DNA of 64,000 nucleotides from the IMG/VR virus record IMGVR_UViG_2687453178_000004. One strand, written 5' to 3'. The notes beneath the pieces were generated by a model. The model saw only the letters and a list, made by a program, of their open reading frames with translations, did no database searches and was not told where the DNA came from. Within the stretch, counting starts at the first letter, position 1, and every line of letters starts with the position of its first letter. Source of the stretch: an uncultured virus (IMG/VR IMGVR_UViG_2687453178_000004). Taxonomy: Duplodnaviria > Heunggongvirae > Uroviricota > Caudoviricetes. The position numbers and the translations under genes are program-made. Positions 58,865-64,000 of the stretch are shown here, piece by piece.

Positions 58865-59564
58865 TGTCGATACCTCTTAGATTCGTGTCGTTAAGCAATT
58901 CATCTGTCCAGCGTTCGTACTTGATGTAACGTTCTGGATGTAAGCGATCAAAACCTTGTTGCTGCGCTGCATTGCGTCGCTTTACGTCTTCAGCGAGCAT
59001 TCGTGCAAACTCGTAAGGCTCGGCCTTTAGGCGCTTGATAGCTCGCTTAAACTCATTGAATGCTTGAATCTTCCCAACCTTTCTCATTCCGGCAGTCCAG
59101 AAAATTGCAAACGCATCAGAAAGCAATTGGTCTGAATCGTCAGATTCGGACGAAGTATTTAGATCAGTATTTAGTTTAAGATCAGTATTTAGTAGTGTCG
59201 TATTAGCCGGATCTGGCTTTTCCGTAATACGGCTTTCACGGATTAGGCTTTTTGGATAGTCACTCACTTCATACCAGGTTGAACCGTCAGCCTCTTTGTG
59301 GCGAAGGCAAAAGCCACGCTCAATAAGCTCTTTTAGTATTACGTAAACACCATCACGCCCCGTTTTCTTCATGGTTCCGGTGGTTACTTTCTCTAAGTGG
59401 GACACTTTAACTTCCCAATCATCAGGTTTTGACAACAAGTAACTAAGCAATCCCATAGCTTGAAAACTCAAACAATGGTCTGCATAAACCTCGTTGCAAA
59501 TCATGGTGAAGTTGCGACTTGCACGTTTACGCTTGATCGTTGCGTTCTTATTTGGTTGTGCCAT
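58605..59564 (-). CDS. Phage replication initiator (HTH)
   Basis: NFTMICN, LSFQAMGLLSYLLSKPDDW, FAIFW..RKVGK and HPERYIK.ERWTDE motifs. Confidence 0.8.
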   Translation of the reverse strand: MAQPNKNATIKRKRASRNFTMICNEVYADHCLSFQAMGLLSYLLSKPDDWEVKVSHLEKVTTGTMKKTGRDGVYVILKELIERGFCLRHKEADGSTWYEVSDYPKSLIRESRITEKPDPANTTLLNTDLKLNTDLNTSSESDDSDQLLSDAFAIFWTAGMRKVGKIQAFNEFKRAIKRLKAEPYEFARMLAEDVKRRNAAQQQGFDRLHPERYIKYERWTDELLNDTNLRGIDNGQKFEINGIGYGENADQSIFPEWLRIYPNQSPAIKFARVQQQRQWIESQANSPMGHANGNVRQDMGHDEWRSDYYGMGKLPFDPE

Positions 59565-59638
59565 ATAATTACCTCGTCACAGCACTAACATTTGGTGCAA
59601 ACTTAAAGACCGCCGCCTCACACGGCGGTTTTTTTTAC

Positions 59639-59953
59639 TTAAAATTCACTATTTGTTCGAATGTCTTTGTAGATAGAACTTGCGCGTTCAGCCTGTTCTT
59701 CTTCGTTGTATTCGTCTTTAGGTTCAGTCAAACCACACTTTTCAACTAACGCTTGTCTGAGTGATTCAAGTTTCTCGACTGGCACTCCCAATGCGTTGCT
59801 GAGTTCATCGACATCTTTCCACCAGTTGAAACTTGTCGCGCTCAAAACGCAGTAAGCTCCTAACTCTTCAAGCGTCAAACCACGCTTAAAAATCATCGTT
59901 GGAACGACAGCCATGTTGTTTAGAACGAAAAAGCGATTTTCAGGAATGTTCAT
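59639..59953 (-). CDS. Winged-helix-like early protein
   Basis: GAGG RBS; LTLEELGAY and ELSNALG...LVEKCGL patterns. Confidence 0.6.
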   Translation of the reverse strand: MNIPENRFFVLNNMAVVPTMIFKRGLTLEELGAYCVLSATSFNWWKDVDELSNALGVPVEKLESLRQALVEKCGLTEPKDEYNEEEQAERASSIYKDIRTNSEF

Positions 59954-60244
59954 GGTTACCTCTCAATGTGCTTTGGTTGAGCGTGGCGACACTGAGCTAT
60001 TAGCGCCACAAGTGGGTGGCTGATAGGAAATAGCTCCCACGCTCACCAAAACACACTTTTAGGTTATCTACTGTTGAGTGTCGTCAACATTCGATGAATG
60101 CAATCATTGATCGTAAACAGCGAGGTTGTCAAATAAAAAATTTTCGACCAATAATCGACCAAAAAAAAGAATTAGTTTATACTTGGTGTGTGAATTTCAC
60201 ATACATATACAAGCGTAATATTTAAACATCAAACAGGGGGCATT

Positions 60245-60880
60245 ATGTCTATGTCTGTGCTTGCTCGGAACATTGAGCAAAGGAAACGGGATTTAAACAT
60301 AACCAAAAGCATCGACTTGGCAAAGAGATCTGGTGTAAGTCGAGCGGTGTTAACCAACATCAAATTGAATCCAGAAAAAAGTATCATGCTTGATTCGGCT
60401 ATCAGGCTAGCAGATGCCCTCGATTGCCGTCTTGAGTGGTTAGCTACTGGTGAAGGTTCGCCAACGGCTGACGAATACAAAGAGCTTTCTCGCATTGAAC
60501 TAGGTGCTCCCCTAGTATCATTAAACTCGTTCGTTGACGTTGACCCAGATGAGTTTTTAAAAACGGGCGTTTCAGAGCGCACTCAACGATTCCCTTGCCC
60601 TAGTGGAAACTCAAAGAGTCAATTCGTTGTAAAGGTGAACGACCAAATCAAAAACTATCCTGCTGGTGGCTACTTGTACTTTGACATTGATAAATCACCT
60701 GTGTCTGGTCAATTGGTTGTAGCAAACACTGGTAACAACGTGGAGATCATGGAATACCAATCCGCACACGGTAGGCAGTTTTTGAAATCCATGAATGAAG
60801 AGTTACCTCTTGAATTGCGTCTTGTAGAAATCACTGGTCAGAAATTAATTGGCACTTTCGCTGCGTATGCGATATTCTAA
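60245..60880 (+). CDS. CI-like repressor (XRE HTH plus degenerate S24-like domain)
   Basis: DLAKRSGVSRAVLTNI and LADALDCRLEWLATGEG motifs; divergent from the replication operon. Confidence 0.82.
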   Translation: MSMSVLARNIEQRKRDLNITKSIDLAKRSGVSRAVLTNIKLNPEKSIMLDSAIRLADALDCRLEWLATGEGSPTADEYKELSRIELGAPLVSLNSFVDVDPDEFLKTGVSERTQRFPCPSGNSKSQFVVKVNDQIKNYPAGGYLYFDIDKSPVSGQLVVANTGNNVEIMEYQSAHGRQFLKSMNEELPLELRLVEITGQKLIGTFAAYAIF

Positions 60881-60925
60881 TTTGTGGTGATAGATATCAC
60901 TCACAATCAGCTTTTAAAAGGATTT

Positions 60926-60950
60926 CCCTCGCTATGCGAGGGTTTTTTTT
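60926..60950 (+). terminator. Terminator after the repressor gene
   Basis: CCCTCGC-TAT-GCGAGGG followed by T8. Confidence 0.8.
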
Positions 60951-61203
60951 GTCTAAAATTCCAAATCAATCAAAAACGAAAACAATAATTTCATTTTTTC
61001 TCGTTCTCGATCACTTCCAATATTTTCATCGTTAAGTTAATCTTTGCATCGTTCGGAAACAAACGAACAAAAATAAAACCGCCCATTTCTGAGCGGCTTT
61101 ATTCACAAGGTATGACCAGACCATTTAATGGTATGACCGTGTTGAAGCGGCGACCAAACCGCTACAACGCCGTCATAGTATCACAAAAGATAAGTGAGTA
61201 AAC

Positions 61204-61632
61204 ATGACTATTGACGAAGCAAAAATGACTGGCGAAGGAGCTGCCAAAAAAGACCCTCAAATGGAACGTGTGACTAACTTCCCTGAGTTTATCGAGCGTG
61301 TAGAGGCTGGCTCGATTGCTAACGTTCTTGGTTTAGCCACATCCAACGTGGCGCTAGCCGTATCTAACTCCGGTAAAGCTGGCGAGATCATCTTAAAGCT
61401 AAAACTTTCACCAGCATCTAAAACCGACCCGTCGATTATGAATGTAACCACGGCGATCACGGTTAAAGAACCGAAAGTAAATTACGGCTCGAAAGTCGAA
61501 GACTTCAAATATGAAACCGTGGCGTTTGCTGGCTTCGGTGGCAAGTTGAGTTATGACCGCCCAGCCGTTGGCGTCCACAACCAGCTAGAAATTCCGGCTG
61601 GCATTAGCAAACTAAGCGTTGGTAAATACTAA
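61204..61632 (+). CDS. YfdP-like phage protein
   Basis: TNFPEFI..AG and VALAV...GKAGEI.LKL patterns; precedes the DUF2303 gene. Confidence 0.65.
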   Translation: MTIDEAKMTGEGAAKKDPQMERVTNFPEFIERVEAGSIANVLGLATSNVALAVSNSGKAGEIILKLKLSPASKTDPSIMNVTTAITVKEPKVNYGSKVEDFKYETVAFAGFGGKLSYDRPAVGVHNQLEIPAGISKLSVGKY

Positions 61633-61645
61633 GGAGTAAAGAAGA

Positions 61646-62470
61646 ATGTCATTTACTAAAGAATCAATTCAAGAACTTGTAAATAAGGGTAGCGTTCCTG
61701 AGTTTATTAAAGCTATTGAAGCTAAAAATACGCTTTCCCAACTGATTCTAGTGCCTGACAACTGTTCCCTAAAAGATTTGGAACAGTACCAAGAACACCG
61801 CAATAACTTGCGTGGCGAGTTTAATACAATCTCGATCACTGAGTTTGCGAAGTATGCAAAAGACCACCAGCTAGAAGGCTCAAAGACTTTTATTGATGCT
61901 GATTCAATGAAAGCTAAAACAATCTTTGACGTTGGTACTAACGACAAAGCAGGTCATCAACTTCACAAGGCTTCAGTATCACTAAAACGCACTGCACCAT
62001 TTAAAGCGCTGCTAAACATCGACGGCGAACGCATGGAACAACGCGATATGGCTGAGTTCTTGGAAGATTGGAAAGACTACATTTCTGCGTTTGATTCAAA
62101 CGGCGAACAAATTGAAATGTTCAAGGCGATTGCGGCTGTTCGTGAACTTGATTTTGAACACACTCGTGGCTCAAACCGACAAGTTAGTGATTTCTCTCAA
62201 TCACAAAGCGAATACGAACGTATTGCGACTAAAACTCGTGAAGATCTTGTGCTGCCTGCGGCGTTTGTATTCACTTGCGAACCATACTCTGGTTTAGGTG
62301 ATTTCCGCTTTGAGTTGCGCCTATCAATAATTCGAAATGAGCTTTTAATCCTACGCATTAAACGCATGGAAGAGATTCAAGAGAAAATGGCTGAGAAGTT
62401 CCTTGAAGTCGTTAAAGAAGAGTTCGCAAACCAATCGGTAGCAATGCCGACTTACATCGGTACTTACTAA
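61646..62470 (+). CDS. DUF2303 (YfdQ) family protein
   Basis: FIDADSM, AEFLEDW and FTCEPYSGL motifs. Confidence 0.8.
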   Translation: MSFTKESIQELVNKGSVPEFIKAIEAKNTLSQLILVPDNCSLKDLEQYQEHRNNLRGEFNTISITEFAKYAKDHQLEGSKTFIDADSMKAKTIFDVGTNDKAGHQLHKASVSLKRTAPFKALLNIDGERMEQRDMAEFLEDWKDYISAFDSNGEQIEMFKAIAAVRELDFEHTRGSNRQVSDFSQSQSEYERIATKTREDLVLPAAFVFTCEPYSGLGDFRFELRLSIIRNELLILRIKRMEEIQEKMAEKFLEVVKEEFANQSVAMPTYIGTY

Positions 62471-63660
62471 TGAGTAATGGTTCCCTCACTCACGAGGGAA
62501 CCAAATCAGATAAGTTGTATTCACAAGGTAGACCAATGACCAACCAAACCCAACCTGTAGACGTTGCTGTTAATCACCTTCTAAACATGGTTCAAAACCA
62601 ACTTGGTAACGTCCTTTCTCTTGTTGAAACCCAAGCACAATTAGTTTCTGAATCTCTAAACTACGAAACCGATCAGTACAACGAACTAATTGATCGAATT
62701 GAAAAGGCTGAGTCTGAACGCGACACGCTTGAACTGAAAGTTATTGAGCTGACCAAAGAGAACGAAGCAATTGAACTAGACCACCTAGACAAGCTCAACA
62801 AACTACGCAGCGAATTTAACTTACTAAAAGCAAGAACGGCTGATCTTCCTGCACTAAGAGAAGAAGTTAAGCGTTACCGTGAAATGAATCCAGACGCTTT
62901 AAAGCAACGCCTAGCTAAATCACGCGCAACTGCTGACGAGCGCTTAAACACAATCAACCGTTTAAAGAAAGAATCAAGCGACTACCGCAAAGAAAATATT
63001 CGCTTGAAAAAAGAAGTTACTCAACTAAGCGAAGCGGCATTAGAAGCAACGCACCTATGCGAAGAGTACAAAGCTCGATTGCATTTCATTGATGGTGACG
63101 TAGAAAAGCCATACGTTGGCAAAGACGGTTTAGAGCTATTTATCTACCGTTATGGCTACCCTCTTGCGTTCAAGCCGTTGGTTAAAAATCTAAGCGTAAT
63201 TCGTGACTTAAACTTCCATATTGAATTGCGTTCCAATTGGGCTGTTTGTTGTGTGGTAAGTGTTTCTGACTGGCTGATCCCATTAATCCCAACAGTTCAC
63301 GAGTTTGAAGGCCGTATTCCTACAGAGCTATATACAGACCTTCAAGAAATTTACACAAACGCTGCTGAAGTTAGCCACCAGCATCTAATTGCGCGTGTGG
63401 AGCACTTTAAAGAAGTCACACTTGAATCTGTTTACGACGGTGTAATCACCGAACGAGAATTAAAGCTTCTGAACGATGCAAATTATTTCTCTGTTTACAG
63501 CGTAATGCACCCAACCGATGAACAACTAGCAAAATCAGTTAAGGGCATTAGCGAAGCAAGTGCGTCAAAAATCCGAGCAGCAATTGACGAAAAGATCGTT
63601 CAACCTTGGGAACGCGAGAACTGGACGAAAGAACAAGTAAACGAGGTTCGTCGCAAGTGA
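62470..63660 (+). CDS. Coiled-coil phage protein
   Basis: Long heptad N-terminal half; possible HhH-like C-terminus (VKGISEASASKI); start may be 62536. Confidence 0.65.
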   Translation: MSNGSLTHEGTKSDKLYSQGRPMTNQTQPVDVAVNHLLNMVQNQLGNVLSLVETQAQLVSESLNYETDQYNELIDRIEKAESERDTLELKVIELTKENEAIELDHLDKLNKLRSEFNLLKARTADLPALREEVKRYREMNPDALKQRLAKSRATADERLNTINRLKKESSDYRKENIRLKKEVTQLSEAALEATHLCEEYKARLHFIDGDVEKPYVGKDGLELFIYRYGYPLAFKPLVKNLSVIRDLNFHIELRSNWAVCCVVSVSDWLIPLIPTVHEFEGRIPTELYTDLQEIYTNAAEVSHQHLIARVEHFKEVTLESVYDGVITERELKLLNDANYFSVYSVMHPTDEQLAKSVKGISEASASKIRAAIDEKIVQPWERENWTKEQVNEVRRK

Positions 63661-64000
63661 AATACGATGTGATTTATGCCGATCCACCTTGGCAATTCAG
63701 TTCAAAAAGAACTGGCGGATCAATGAAAAGCGGCGCTTCACAAAAGTATCTAACAATGACGATAGACGACTTAAAGAAAATGCCAGTTGGTGAACTGGCA
63801 TCTGATAACTGTTATCTGATCATGTGGTACGTGAACGCCATGCCTAAAGAGGCGTGTGAGCTTGCTGAAGCGTGGGGATTTACCGTTAAAAACATCAATG
63901 GATTGGTTTGGGGAAAAGAGACTGTTAACGGCTTGCCTTTCTTTGGTCTTGGTTACCACACAAGAGCTGGAACAGAATCGGCACTAATCGCGGTTAAAGG
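63657..64000 (+). CDS. MT-A70 family adenine methyltransferase (runs off the window; not in ORF track)
   Basis: GTG start overlapping the previous stop; KYDVIYADPPW, AEAWGF and GLGYHTRAGTE motifs. Confidence 0.88.
   Translation, partial: MKYDVIYADPPWQFSSKRTGGSMKSGASQKYLTMTIDDLKKMPVGELASDNCYLIMWYVNAMPKEACELAEAWGFTVKNINGLVWGKETVNGLPFFGLGYHTRAGTESALIAVK

Larger units (their letters stand above)
350..64000. mobile_element. Temperate prophage with 933W/phi24B-like podovirus gene order, partly inactivated by IS; continues beyond the right edge
   Basis: Complete head, tail and ejection modules, lysis genes, replication genes and a repressor. The left boundary is approximate. Confidence 0.9.

Noticed and set aside
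1..64000. Phage-plasmid lifestyle suggested by P1-like c4, Ref and TA genes
   Set aside because: No parA/parB, plasmid Rep or protelomerase in the window; lambdoid-type replication genes and the queD junction favour an integrated prophage.

Overview
Almost the whole window is a temperate podovirus-type prophage, probably from a Vibrio, judging by the Vibrio-style attC repeats. Its morphogenesis gene order resembles 933W/phi24B-like phages: terS, terL, portal, scaffold, N4-gp56-type capsid, adaptors, tail fibre, nozzle, tail tip, ejection proteins and a 2784-aa PLxRFG/methyltransferase protein, all on the minus strand. Replication and early genes and a CI-like repressor lie at the right end, and the element runs off the window there; no integrase is visible. 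The left end abuts queD, the probable integration site. Three insertions have damaged the prophage: a 1260-bp IS3-family copy in a lipoprotein gene, an IS3-czcD-IS3 composite transposon in the tail fibre gene, and an IS200/IS605 (tnpA/tnpB) element in a HExxH peptidase gene. Each disrupted gene reconstitutes in frame. The most notable observations are: (1) two near-identical c4-like antisense RNA/rha modules whose antisense loop and both target sites have co-varied to different specificities; (2) an integrase-less array of three integron cassettes, one encoding a stand-alone SIR2 protein, inside the phage; (3) a repressor lacking autocleavage residues, together with a small ORF under a LexA box; (4) a Panacea-type antitoxin paired with an unknown membrane protein. 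Family assignments come from motif recognition only; no searches were run.
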